This document shows, piece by piece, positions 52,071 through 64,000 of a DNA stretch of 64,000 bases (positions within the stretch are counted from its first letter, which is position 1; the number at the start of each line of letters is the position of its first letter). This stretch comes from Octopus sinensis (lineage: Eukaryota): assembly GCF_006345805.1 (NCBI RefSeq), contig NC_043003.1, positions 16,864,001-16,928,000 of the forward strand, in the 5' to 3' direction. The notes under the pieces are model-generated. The model worked only from the letters and a program-made list of their open reading frames with translations. It did not search any database and had not been told where the DNA came from. A program made the translations under genes and the position numbers.

Positions 52071-52375
52071 CGCCCTTTTCAAGCCTAGTCAGGCTCATGG
52101 GCCCGGTTTCCCGGTTTCTGTGGCGTATGTGTTCCCCCCCCCCAGCTGGACGGGACGCCAGTCCATCGCAGGGTTACTCAAGAAACAGGAAGAGAGAGTG
52201 AGAGAAAGTTGTGGCGAAAGAGTACAACAGGGATCGCCACCACACCCTGCATGAGCCTCGTGGAGCTTTTAGGTGTTTTCGCTCAATAAACACACACAAC
52301 GCCCTGTCTGGGAATCGAAACCACGATCCTCCGACCGCGAGTCCGCTGCCCTAACCACTGGGCCATTGCGCCTCC
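52071..52375 (-). mobile_element. SINE head C with V-type body
   Basis: Close match to 18106-18411. Confidence 0.85.
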
Positions 52376-53050
52376 ATACTATACTTGACTGTGTAAATTT
52401 ATGACAACGCTTAAGTGTTAAGAGGCTGTTCACCTCAAAACATGGACACATTTTTTGTAAATGATATCTTAAATATTTGTTTTCTACAAAACATTGTAAT
52501 TACACTGTAAGCTTTTCTCAGAGCCATCAATCACGCTACATTATCATAATACTGGTTTCAAATTTTAGCACAATGCCAGCAATATCAGGGGAGGGGGTAA
52601 TTCGATTATATCGACCCCAGTACTCAAGTGGTACTTATTTTATCGGTCCCGAAAGGATGAAAGGCACAGCCGATCTCGGTGGAATTTGAACTCCGAACAC
52701 AAAGATTGACGAAATGCCACAAAGCATTTTGTCCCGCGTGCTAACTATTCCACCAGCTGACTAGCTGCCCTACATTATTATAATATTGATTTCAAATATT
52801 GGCTTAAGGCCAGCAATTTCGGAGTAGAGGATAAGTTGCTTACGTCTACCCCAGTGTTCAGCTGGTACTTATTTTATCGACGTCAAAAGAATGAAAGGTA
52901 AAGTCAACCTCGATGAAATTTGGACTCAGAACATGAAAAAAATGGCGTTAAATATTAAGCCTGGTGCGGTGAGATTCTGCCAACTCACCAACCTACGTTA
53001 TTATAATATTTCAATGATTACTTCGCATCTTAGTGTTATTTATCACAGGT

Positions 53051-53437
53051 GGAGGCACAATGGCCCAGTGGTTAGGGCAGCGGACTCGCGGTCATAGGAT
53101 CGCGGTTTCGATTCCCAGACCGGGCGGGCGTTGTGAGTGTTTACTGAGCGAAAACACCTAAAAGCTCCACGAGCCCCCGGCAGGGGATGGTGGTGATCCC
53201 TGCTGTACTCTTTCACCACAGCTTTCTCTCACTCTTACTTCCTGTTTCTGTTGTACCTGTATTTTAAAGGGCCGGCCTTGTCACTCTCTGTGTCACGCTG
53301 AATATCCCCGAGAACTATGTTAATGGTACACGTGTCTGTGGAGTGCTCAGCCACTTACACGTTAATTTCACGAGCAGGCTGTTCCGTTGATTCGGATCAA
53401 CCGGAACCCTCATCGTCGTAACCGACTGAGTGCTTCC
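53051..53437 (+). mobile_element. SINE head C with Ceph-like body and tail
   Basis: Head C; 3' half matches the body of 46201-46510. Confidence 0.8.
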
Positions 53438-53578
53438 TTTCCCTATTTATCACATTTTGTAGAAACCTTGCAGCTTAATGGCCCTATAGGTAATTCTGAC
53501 TTACCAATGAAGGCCTCATCATTTTTGGAGACCAGTTTTTCATATCAAAGAATTTATATTTCCATGAGAATAACGTAT

Positions 53579-53938
53579 TTCTTTTTTGCCCACAAGAGGC
53601 TAAACATAGAGGGGACAAACAAGGACAGACAAAAGGGATTAAGTCGATTACATCCACCCCAGTGCGTAACTGCTACTTAATTTATCGACTCCGAAAGGAT
53701 GAAAGGTAAAGTCGACCTCGGCGGAATTTGAACTCAGAACGTAACAGCAGACGAAATATCTATTTCTTTACTACCTACAAGGGGCTAAACACAGAGAGGA
53801 TAAACAAGGGCAGACAAACGGATTAAGTCGATTATATAGACCCCAGTACGTAACTGGTACTTATTTAATCGACCCCGAAAGGATGAAAGGCAAAGTCGCC
53901 CTCGGCGGAATTTGAACTCAGAACGTAACGGCAGACGT
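53579..53938 (-). mobile_element. SINE family A dimer
   Basis: Two 5'-truncated monomers with a junction at about 53760. Confidence 0.82.
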
Positions 53939-54101
53939 TGTAATAAAGAAATAAATACACAGAATGATATTGGCAACAAAGCCTTGAACAATTGATTTTT
54001 ATAGTCCAGTTTTGAAAAACAAAAATAAATTATTAAAATTAAAAATACTACAGACTGTAATAGTCATGAATCAAAGGCTTCAAATGATGATGATGATGGT
54101 A

Positions 54102-54151
<50 letters not shown>

Positions 54152-54189
54152 TATCTTGAGTAGTACATCGAACAAATATGTATGGATAA

Positions 54190-54536
54190 GTGGAGGCACA
54201 TGGCCTGCGGTCGAAGGATCGCAGGTTCGAATCTCGGACCGGGCGATGTGTGTGTTCATGAGCGAGACATCTAAGCTCCACGCGGCTTCTGCTGACTCTT
54301 TCGCTACAACTTTCTCTCACTCTTTGTGTGTTTGTCCCCCCAACATCGCTTGACAACCGATGCTGGTGTGTTTACGTCCCCGTAACTTAGCGGTTCGGCA
54401 AAAGAGTCCGATAGAATAAGTACTAGGCTTACAAAGAATAAATCCTGGGGTCGGTTTGCTCGACTAAATGCGGTGCTCCAGCATGGCCGCAGTCAAAAAC
54501 ACTGAAACAAGCAAAAGAGTAAAAGAGTGAAAGAGT
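54190..54536 (+). mobile_element. Chimeric SINE: head C plus family B 3' half
   Basis: Switch at about 54320 from the C body to TGTTTGTCCCCCCAACATCGCTTGACAACC. Confidence 0.78.
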
Positions 54537-55167
54537 ATATCCTCATAATCAAATTCTAGACATGTTACATAATCTCAAAAACAAGATGGCGCCGTGTGAC
54601 GCTCATACTATTTTTCAAGTGCATGAGCGACATACCTGAAATATAATGGATAGAAACAGGATTCAGCAAGCCGGTCGTGAGCTCGATTCGCTAAGAAATT
54701 TCTTCTACTCGAAGTTTCAGTTGAATGCTTCTGAATTAAAAAAAGTGATATATTTGTTATTTTGTGAAGCAACGTCATATTTTAATGAAGCTGGTGTGTT
54801 AGCTTCTTTACAGAGTGCATCTGGAATGTTAATTAATTTTCTCCCAGTGCATTCTATCAGTACATTCACAACATTAGAGCTGCTATGTTTATACTTGTCA
54901 GAATCTTTCAGGCTAGATATCGTATTACGTAAACGTATTATATTAAATTATAAATACGAAGATGTCTTGCCAATAGAGCGATTCACTGCGACCATGGGCG
55001 TAGTGGAAGTCAGGGAGTCGAGGAGGAGGGGTAACTGCCCTCATAAGTTCAAGCAAAGCAGTGTGTGAGTCTTTGTGTGTGTTTGTTGTGCGTGCGTGTG
55101 TGTGTGTGTGTATGTGTGTGTGTGTGTGTATGTGTGTGTGTGTGTGTGTGTATGTGTGTGTGTGTGT

Positions 55168-55209
<42 letters not shown>

Positions 55210-56164
55210 TCGTGGATGGAAATTTCTGGTAAAGTAAGAAGCTAATAATTATTCAGAGAAACCAAACGTAACACTAAATGATGGCAAATTAACAATGGCA
55301 GTATTCTGAAAGAAACCAAAAACCCTTCACAAAGTTGTCCCCATTAATTATTTTTCAGAAATAGAGGAATAACCTTTATTGCTCTTATTTCTCTAAATTA
55401 TCGCCCAGTTACACTCCGGTGTTGTTTCCGTTTATTACAGAGAATTCCGAGACTTTCCAGCTTTTTCTTATTTAGTCTTTGATGTAGAATCAAAATGTTG
55501 GTCACACTCATTCTAAAACCGTTTTATAATATCCTCGATCAGCACTTAAGGCGTCGCTGTTTCGGGTGTCTTTTCTTTTCTTTTTTGAACATCAAATCGA
55601 AATTATGTACGTTTAATCTCATCATGTAGAAGAAAAAAAAAAAAGGAAAAAGAACATGCAAATATTTTTATCGAAAAACTCATTAAATGTACAAAAGTGG
55701 AAGCAAACACGCTAAGACGGATTGTTCAAGGCGTTCAGATTGTAACATTTATGGCAGTGACTGAAAAATCGCAGTAGATGAGTGACTTTAAAAAAATGTA
55801 AGGCAAAATCCTCCAGACAAAAATAAAACAAAACAACAGAGTGATAATGGTAAAACTGATATATCGATTATAAACTATCCCGTCCAACCAAACTATCGTC
55901 AAGAACAGCTTTGTCAAGATTCCATCATAAATATCGAATCTCTATGCACCCGATATTGCTAGAGTATAGCTTATGAAGATAAAAAAAAGCAAAGAAATGT
56001 TCTTGGTTTTATTTTAGTTGTGAGAGACGACCGTTCCCATAACACTTTTTGAGCCCTTCAAGGCTGGTGTGAGGGAAGCAAGAAGAGTTATTCAAATCAG
56101 AGATCTAGTTGGAACGCTTGCAACAGTGTGGAGTCCACTTAAAGGTACTTGATGTCCAGATGGT

Positions 56165-56457
56165 GTGAAGGCACTTGGCCTAGTGGTTAGAGCAGCGAAC
56201 TCGCGGTCGAGGGATCGCGGGTTCGAATCTCAGACCGGGTGATGTGTGTGTTTATGAGCGAAAGACCTAAGCTCCATGCGGCTCCGGCAGAAGGTAATGG
56301 CGAACTTCTGCTGACCCTTTCGCCACAACTTTCTATCACTCTTTCCTCCCTATCTTTCAGCTCACCCGCGGCGGACCGGTGTCCCGTCCAGCTGGGGAAC
56401 CTATACGCCAAGAAAATCGGGGAACCGGCCCTTATGAGCCAGGCGTGGCTCGAGAAG
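56165..56457 (+). mobile_element. Older SINE, C/D-like head with V-type body
   Basis: GTGAAGGCACTTGGCCTAGTGGTTAG head; CCGGTGTCCCGTCCAGCTGGGG core. Confidence 0.72.
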
Positions 56458-56599
56458 TAATGTCCAGGTGGTGGTGGTGTCAAAACAGGTGACAGATTAA
56501 AATCATCGACTGTGGAAGCTATGAGTTGTGGCATTTGTATTTCTATAAGACTGGAATTTTGAAATATGCGCAAAAAAATCAGTAGTATGGGATACATGT

Positions 56600-56764
56600 G
56601 GCACGATTACAATTTTTTAGGTTGTGTAAAGATGGAAATAACCCTCATCTGCAATTTTGATGAAATTTGAAACATAGATATTCCAGTTCATTAGAGAAAC
56701 TATAACAGAAAAGTCTAATTCTTCAATTGTATGTAACACGGGGAACGCCGGGTATCTCTGCTAG
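56600..56764 (+). mobile_element. Helitron 3' end
   Basis: CACGGGGAACGCCGGG...CTAG|T, similar to 39345-39373; 5' end not located. Confidence 0.6.
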
Positions 56765-59224
56765 TTATGAATAAAGACGTTTTCGAGTTGGTGATCAAGC
56801 CTTAGAGTGCTTGCTCAACTTGCTAGAAATAGCAGCCAATATTTCCTCGAAATTCTGCCCTTTACTTAACTAAGGAAAATGTACATCAGATATAATCTTA
56901 CAACTCATTAAAAGGATAAGAGGGTTATGACTGGAATATCTTCCATTATAGGTCTGATTGATCAGGATAAACAACAACTCCTGAATATTTCTTTAAAGTA
57001 TAAAACTTTTTTCTCTCATCGTATTATAATATCTTTTAATGTATAGTTTTCTAATTGCCACGTTTTACTGAAATACTCCTACATGTAAGAAGAATTACAT
57101 CAGAGTATAAGAATTACAAACATGTTCAAGCTTTTTAATGAAACAGATGGCAGAAAATTTGACATTTCAGAACATGAAACATCTGACAATGTAAATAAAA
57201 CTCGAGAATATATTTCTCAGAATCCTCTTTCATCTTATTCGTGGTCATATAATTATATATCCGTCTTATATATCATTAAGGAGACAAATTGACAGAGTTG
57301 TTAGCTCGTTGGATAAAATACCTGGCGTTATTTGTTTAAATTATCTTCATCCTGAACTCAAATCCACCAACTTAAGGGCAGTGAAAAGGGGAAAGTGTAA
57401 AAATGTTGGACCGGTTCCCTTGCGATATTCCGGTTTATTTTTTGTCTTTAAAATACAAATGCCACAATTCATAGCTTCCACAGTCGATGGTTCGCTCGAA
57501 CCAGGACCGCAGCTCTCTCAAACAGATAAACTGCTGAAAGATATTTCGCACGAACAGTGACCGAACCTGTTCCCTGACGTTATCGTATAAACATTTCTGC
57601 AGATGTCGCTGGAATGGCTGAAGGTAACAAATAAATATCAACTGACCAGCAGAACCAGTCCTTTCCACATGAAGCAAAGTACCATATGCTTTAATCTAGT
57701 CAGATTTTTCCTGAAACAAAGTACTATGATCAGGCGATAGTGTACCATCGAAACAATATGGTACTTGATCACTACACATGGCCTTTCAGAGACACTTTCC
57801 TATCATCCCGTTTCTGACTAAGGCTAGCCACCCTGCCCACTAACTCCACTTAGTTTTTCTCTATCTGGAGGTCCAGATCGAAACAGACTCTATGCACTTT
57901 AACCAGACCCTCGATCCAGCAACAACTGTTATGAACTCGTATGGACTTACCTTTTCAAGTACCATACGATACTGTTACAATTTCATATTAATCCCGTATG
58001 GTGCGAACGGTCTTTATTTTCGAGAGAGATGGGGAAGAGGGAGTGAGAGGCGGTGAGGGGGAGTGGAACCCTTCAAGGACCGATCGTGTACTGCAAAACG
58101 GTTCATATTGTTGGCCACTTAATTTGAGACCATACAACAGATACTTATGAAGCTCAGGCCGAAACCTGCTGCATATAAGGTTGATACTGTCAAAAGCTTT
58201 AGATGATCACAACTACTCCGATCCTCTTTGCGATATATTGCAAAATATACAAGTTCTTATGTATAAATCTTACGAGGATTCACAGTTTTGTCTGTTTCCT
58301 ACTAAACTACCAACGACAAGAACCAAAGTTTTAAACGAACATCTACGCCCAAATCATTTGTGTATTTAGTAGAATTGTGGTCCTGGAATTTTTTATTATG
58401 CCATCCTTGTTCTTGGCTTTTCTTGGCAGCGTCACTAATGTTATGCATCCTGTCATCAATTTGTTGCCGTAGATAACTGCCAGAACAAGTCATTTAGCAA
58501 TAAATTTTACTGAGTACGACAACTACACCAAGTGATTTGTCTCTTGTACACTAGCTCAGATCGTCACGTAATTCAGCTGTTGAAGTCAACTTTTCGCTGC
58601 ATACTACCTCTTAGATTGAGGGTAACCATAGCCCTTTGAGATACGTATCGAAATTCACTATTTCCAGTTCTATAATACCTGAAGAATAGTTCAGCAAAGT
58701 GTTGCCAGGAAATCACATAAATCTGATCGGAATCAAATGGCGTGTCTCTTGTGATCCCTCAAGATGGAGCTACGTAAATCCCTTTCAATGCTTCACCTCT
58801 GTTAACCTGGCCAAGTGAACAGTTTTCGTTCTCATGTATATGAGATTATTCATCCAACTACAAAGAATGCACTTTTGGTTTATCAATGCCGTTGTTGTTT
58901 TTATTGCTGCCCTAGCAATTGTAGCTTTTGCTCTGGTTGCTGTTGTTGTTTCGGATTTTATTGTTGCTGTAATTGTTATAGTTATCATTGTTGAATCTAT
59001 ATGAATATTGTTATTGTTTTACAGGCACACTTGTTTCTTTGCCGTCCGCCATAGTAGAAATAGTTGTTTTATTGCTGCAGATGCTTCTGTTTTTAACGGC
59101 TGTTGCAAACATGTTTCTGCTGTACATTTTTAATCTTTCTCTTTCTTTTGCTGCACGTAGGAATATTAATGTTGATTTGTATGCAATGCAATTTATGTTT
59201 GAAACCACCTTTTTTTACGATGCA

Positions 59225-59640
59225 CTCATTTCTATAGTTTAAATATTCGTTGTAGTATTGCCAGGATATTCTTAACTCTTATAAATAACCTTTTCTCCAC
59301 AGACATCATGATATTTTTAATAAAAATGGTGTTAAGGTGATCTACGATAGCATTAGAAATTGCATAGTCTACATAAATAAAAGAAACCTTTTCAGTACAA
59401 ACACGAAAAGGACTTCTATTTTCTATAAGACAAGCAACCCTAATAATAAACCTCACATACTATGTGTCTTTCAAAAAGTCAAGTTCTCGCATGTAGAGGA
59501 CAGTGAAACAAGAAGCTGCTGAAAATTCTTTTACAAAAAATACCCCAGACGCTCATAAAAGACAACATACTACTCCACTTTCTAAATCTTTTGGGAGTTT
59601 AAAAGATGTTAATGTTAACAGTTATATTGTTTCACTAATA
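59225..59640 (+). mobile_element. Highly decayed Naiad-type PLE fragment
   Basis: YSLNIRCSIARIFLTLI...VKVIY...AENSFTK...HTTPLSKSFGSLKD, similar to the 42700-43450 region. Confidence 0.5.
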
Positions 59641-60244
59641 GTATAGAACAGTGTTTTCACTACATTAATGGTTCCAGAAGATACGACCTCTGTCTCTCCG
59701 TTGTTGGCCATTTTTGACCAGTTGATATTTGCTTGCGAGATTTGGTGAGATTAGTCTCAGTGTAATAACATTCAGGTTTTGGGAGTCTAATATTTGATCT
59801 TCTGCTGTCCCAACCTCTTTCTTTTCGTTGTCTCATTCACTTTCTCTCAATTAATTTTTCCTGAAGCCATCGGCCTACCTCACACCCGAGAGAAGAGTGG
59901 GTGTTTATGTTACGTTCGTGTCTGCTCCTGCTTATTTTGTGTGCTTGAGCTTGTGTGAATGTTATTCGTTGTAGAGGGTCTTCGTGATTTCTTTTGTAGA
60001 TGTCAATAAAGGAAGAATTTGGAGTTTTGGTTATTTATGCTGTTACTGAACCTTTGCTTGTTATAGCTGTTGCTCTTCTTGTTGCTGTAGCTGTGGACTT
60101 TGATGTTGTCGTGGTTAGAAGTTGACAACCAATCAATTCTCTACGTTCTGATGACTAATTGCTATGTTTGTACGTTTGCGAATGTTTTTGCTTAGCCTCT
60201 ATTCTCATGTTATATTATTCTTACATACACACACACACACACAC

Positions 60245-60287
<43 letters not shown>

Positions 60288-60323
60288 CACACACATATAT
60301 ATATATATTATATATATATATAT

Positions 60324-60382
<59 letters not shown>

Positions 60383-60399
60383 ATATATTTTATTTATTT

Positions 60400-60745
60400 A
60401 TTTAGTTTCAGCTCACAAGCTGTGGCCAAGCTGGGGAACCACCATTTGGTGTTGCTACATGATTTTACTTCACGAATGCTTTTTAGCAATTGCCATCTGG
60501 TGCATGAGAGAGTTCGATGCAGCTGCCCTCATCTGCACCTCCTGCCGTGAAGTTGGTTCATCTGGGACACCTGACAAGAAGAGATCCAGTTTCATTTTAA
60601 AGACATCTGCATCCACCCCATGCAGGTCTCTTAGGTTCTTCGGGAGGATATTGAAGAGCCGTGGGCCTCGGAAGCCCAGGCTATCACAGTATCTTGTCCT
60701 ACATCTTGATGGCAAATTTGGAGTCCTTGGTACTATGCAATACAT
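60400..60745 (-). mobile_element. CR1/L2-group LINE 3' end
   Basis: SLGFRGPRLFNILPKNLRDL...FKMKLDLFLSGVPDEP...RAAASNSL; 3' hairpin tail and (TAAA)n. Confidence 0.85.
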
Positions 60746-60885
60746 ATACATACATACACACACATATATATATATATATATAAATATGGCAAAGTTGAGG
60801 CACCAGAATTTAGTACGGTATTATCCATACACTTTCAAAATAAGGTGAATAAAATCTAAATAAACAATAATGATATTCAGAGGTA

Positions 60886-60965
60886 ATGCAGTACAATCGT
60901 TTCAAGCAATTCCATTTAATTGAACAATGCAATCATTTTAAATGCAGAGTAATCCTCAGCTGCAT
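60886..60965 (-). ncRNA. Type-I hammerhead-like motif (same family as 51397), inside a fold-back
   Basis: AUGCAG-CUGAGGA-...-GAA-ACGAUUGU-A/CUGCAU. Confidence 0.55.
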
Positions 60966-61081
60966 AAAGACAGGATTGCTCTGCATTTTAAATTGATGTA
61001 ATGACTGCATTGTTCAATTAAATGGAGTTGCTTGAAACGATCGTACTGCATTACCTTTGGATATCCTTGTTGCTTATTTTG

Positions 61082-61144
<63 letters not shown>

Positions 61145-61436
61145 ATGTGTGTGTGTGTGTGTGTGTGTGTAGAGAGAGAGATGTAGAAGGTAGCAAGGGG
61201 GCAGAATCGTTAGAGCATCGGACCAAATGTCTAGCAGTATTTCTTTCGACCCATTATATATTTTGCATCTAAATTCCGCCGAGGTCGGCTTTCGGGATCG
61301 ACACACTAAGTACCTGTTGGGCGTTGGTATCGATGACTCCCCTCCTTCTAAAGCTACTGGCTGTGTGTCAAAATTTGAATATATATATACATACACATGT
61401 TAAGATACATGTATGTTTCTCGGCATGTGTGCATGC

Positions 61437-61506
<70 letters not shown>

Positions 61507-62289
61507 ATATACATACATATATACTGATAGTATATATGCGATTACAATGAAATGAAGATAGCATGGAATTTCTGAATTTCTGGTATTTATTTCGTGTTAA
61601 AAATCCAACATCTCCATCACCCACAAAAAAACCCCCCAAACAAATGAACAAAAATACTTTTACATATTTCGTCTGTCATACAGTTTCATATTATATTTTG
61701 TTAATGAAACCCATATGTTAGGGGGTAAAAGAAGGTTTCGTTTTGTTTCAAGAATCCCAAAGACTACGTTGATTGAAATAGCTCCACATTATTATGTGTT
61801 TTTTCTTCGTCAGGGTATATCTCCGAATATATTTCTGTTCACTTAAAATAGACATAGATGATAGCTGAGAGCAACTTTTTCAATCTCTCCTAGAAAGCAG
61901 CACGAAAACTGACTTAACGAGTTCGTTTATACGATTACATCGCTTTTATATGTCTAAGAATCTAAAGACATTTCTTTTGAACGCTAATCTCTTGGTTTTA
62001 TCGTTTTAAGTAGACAGCTATTACATATGATATATTTCTTAATGATTAATCAACCAGAATAATCTTAGATCTCTGAAAGTAACAGTTAAAGAATAAGAAA
62101 AAAAAATCAGCAACTGCTATCCTGTTGTTTTCTCTCCGCGTACCGCACACTTCAAATGATTTCACCTGAAACGATTTTTTTAGCCGGAGCAACTCACTGC
62201 GTTAGAGGAGTATATATAGGATATACATATATAGATACGGAGAAAAAGAATCATATCATATTAAAAAAATCGAGTCTATTTTAGGACAC

Positions 62290-62686
62290 AATGGGGATCT
62301 TTTCGGTTTGAACGGCAGTTTTTTAAAATAATTTCCACGTAACTACACACTTTTAAACTTCGTATACTGGTAGAATGTGTTTATAAAACATCTTTATCTC
62401 TTGGTTTTATTGAGAAAATTCTATAGTTAGTAAGATATTTGTTGTTTTTTCTCTTCAATTTCTGAAATTTCAACCAATCAATGACGTCTATTGAAGTGAA
62501 AACATTCTGTGTCGTATGAATATGTCCCTCGTTTAAGAAACAATTGGGTTTATTTACATTTCTGAAGAAAAAAAAGATACCCTTCCCCCCTAACCCTAAC
62601 CCTAACTAACCCTAACCCTAAAACAGATTGAAATGCAATAGATTGAAATGCATAATTATGGGTGACAATTTCATATGACACCGCTA

Positions 62687-62687
<1 letters not shown>
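62290..62687 (-). mobile_element. Probable Helentron/DINE-1-like non-autonomous element with internal (CCCTAA)n
   Basis: Asymmetric subterminal inverted pair TGTCGTATGAA (about 62510) and TTCATATGACA (about 62670) enclosing CCCTAA repeats at about 62588-62621. Confidence 0.5.
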
Positions 62688-62718
<31 letters not shown>

Positions 62719-62743
62719 TAATAATAATAATAATAATAATAAT

Positions 62744-62938
62744 AGGAAATATTATTCCAAACTTACAGGGAAAATAGGTATAGATTATAAAATCAAAATA
62801 TAAAAGTTGTACATTACTTAATCATTGGTATATGTTTTTATTTTATATTGAATTTTTTTTCTATATGGTATAATTTAATTGTTTCATTGTTGAACTGATA
62901 AAAGGTGTTTTTTTTTCTAATTTATATACATTATATAT

Positions 62939-62986
<48 letters not shown>

Positions 62987-63176
62987 GTATATGTATATAA
63001 ATTAGAAAAAAAACACCTTTTATCAGTTCAACAATGAAACAATTAAATTATACCATATAGAAAAAAAATTCAATATAAGATAAAAACATATACCAATGAT
63101 TAAGTAATGTACAAATTTTATATTTTGATTTTATAATCTATACCTATTTTCCCTGTAAGTTTGGAATAATATTTCC

Positions 63177-63177
<1 letters not shown>
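62744..63177. repeat. Large near-perfect palindrome, about 187-bp arms with (TA)n spacer
   Basis: 62744-62930 is the reverse complement of 62992-63177 with only a few differences; (AAT)n/(ATT)n flanks extend the symmetry. Confidence 0.93.
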
Positions 63178-63216
<39 letters not shown>

Positions 63217-63683
63217 GAGTGGGAGAGCAGTGCATGCCATCAAAGTGACACTGGGGTAAAATATACGAAGCCCAGTATACCCATAGCTACCCGGCTGATA
63301 AAGGTACACAAGGCACATGCATCTCAACTATATGTGCGCGACATGGTGATCTCATATCAAGATAAACAGCACATGACCTTGCAGATGGGGCCCAGTTAGA
63401 ATTTTCTTCTGGTCGAGTAACCCATCCCACTCAAAAGGTCCCTGAATAAGGGTTGTTTAAGGATGTTGAACGAACCACCCATGTTTCCAGAGGTGAATTA
63501 TTCATATCCCAATGAATCCCTCTCAACACATGGCTATGATGCTCCCCCACTACTTCTGCTCGTGATCAGAGATGCACATATCGTCAGCCTCTAAGGGACA
63601 TGGTCAACGGATTAAGGTCAAACAACTGACAAGCATGTCTGTGGTATTGAGCAGAATATTTTCTGTAGCCCATCTTTTATACC
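63217..63683 (-). mobile_element. (AAT)n-embedded non-coding repeat, copy 1
   Basis: Bounded by (ATT)n on both sides; overlaps in sequence with 7134-7270. Orientation is inferred. Confidence 0.7.
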
Positions 63684-63759
63684 ATTATTATTATTATCAT
63701 TATTATTATTATATTATTATTATTATTATTATTATTATTTTATTATTATTATTATTATT

Positions 63760-64000
63760 GAGTGGGAGAGCAGTGCATGCCATCAAGTGACACTGGGGTA
63801 AAATATACGAAGCCCAGTATACCCATAGCTACCCGGCTGATAAAGGTACACAAGGCACATGCATCTCAACTATATGTGCGCGACATGGTGATCTCATATC
63901 AAGATAAACAGCACATGACCTTGCAGATGGGGCCCAGTTAGAATTTTCTTCTGGTCGAGTAACCCATCCCACTCAAAAGGTCCCTGAATAAGGGTTGTTT
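63760..64000 (-). mobile_element. Tandem copy 2 of the same repeat (cut by the window end)
   Basis: Matches 63217 onward except for a 1-bp indel; period 543 bp. Confidence 0.75.

Noticed and set aside
53051-53125. tRNA-like sequences at SINE 5' ends as tRNA genes
   Set aside because: They have A/B boxes but no complete cloverleaf and continue directly into SINE bodies.
54646-55068. 140-aa plus-strand ORF
   Set aside because: No recognisable domain or motif; it runs into a (TG)n flank; not supportable as a CDS without homology or expression data.
62588-62621. (CCCTAA)n as a chromosome end or fusion scar
   Set aside because: Only about five units, embedded in a repeat with ordinary sequence on both sides.

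Overview
AT-rich, microsatellite-saturated eukaryotic DNA made almost entirely of interspersed repeats. The repeat families and (TA)n/(CA)n/(AAT)n load look like an Octopus (coleoid cephalopod) intergenic or long-intron region; that assignment is an inference. I recognise no host protein-coding gene, rRNA, tRNA gene or CRISPR array, and most ORFs in the track are microsatellite or SINE artefacts. Supported content: (1) two decayed maT (DD37D) mariner-type elements, a complete Tc1-type element with a DD36E triad and 30-bp TIRs, and a mariner MITE; (2) fragments of R4/Dong-like restriction-like-endonuclease LINEs in (AAT)n tracts, two CR1-type 3' ends and a Tx1-type fragment; (3) Penelope-like elements (PLEs): a Neptune-type fragment, a long Naiad-type copy and many solo, tandem or inverted LTR-derived pieces; (4) dozens of tRNA-derived SINEs with modular heads and tails, some as concatemers; (5) Helitron and Helentron-like non-autonomous elements. 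The most interesting signal is a set of minimal type-I hammerhead ribozyme motifs, probably PLE-derived. One has a compensatory G3:C8 core swap, one has A6U, one is canonical, and three have a long stem II. A conserved ATG mini-exon plus splice donor also sits at the end of PLE LTR copies. All calls were made by eye, with no alignment or folding software, so repeat boundaries are approximate to about 10-20 bp unless a TSD or TIR is given.
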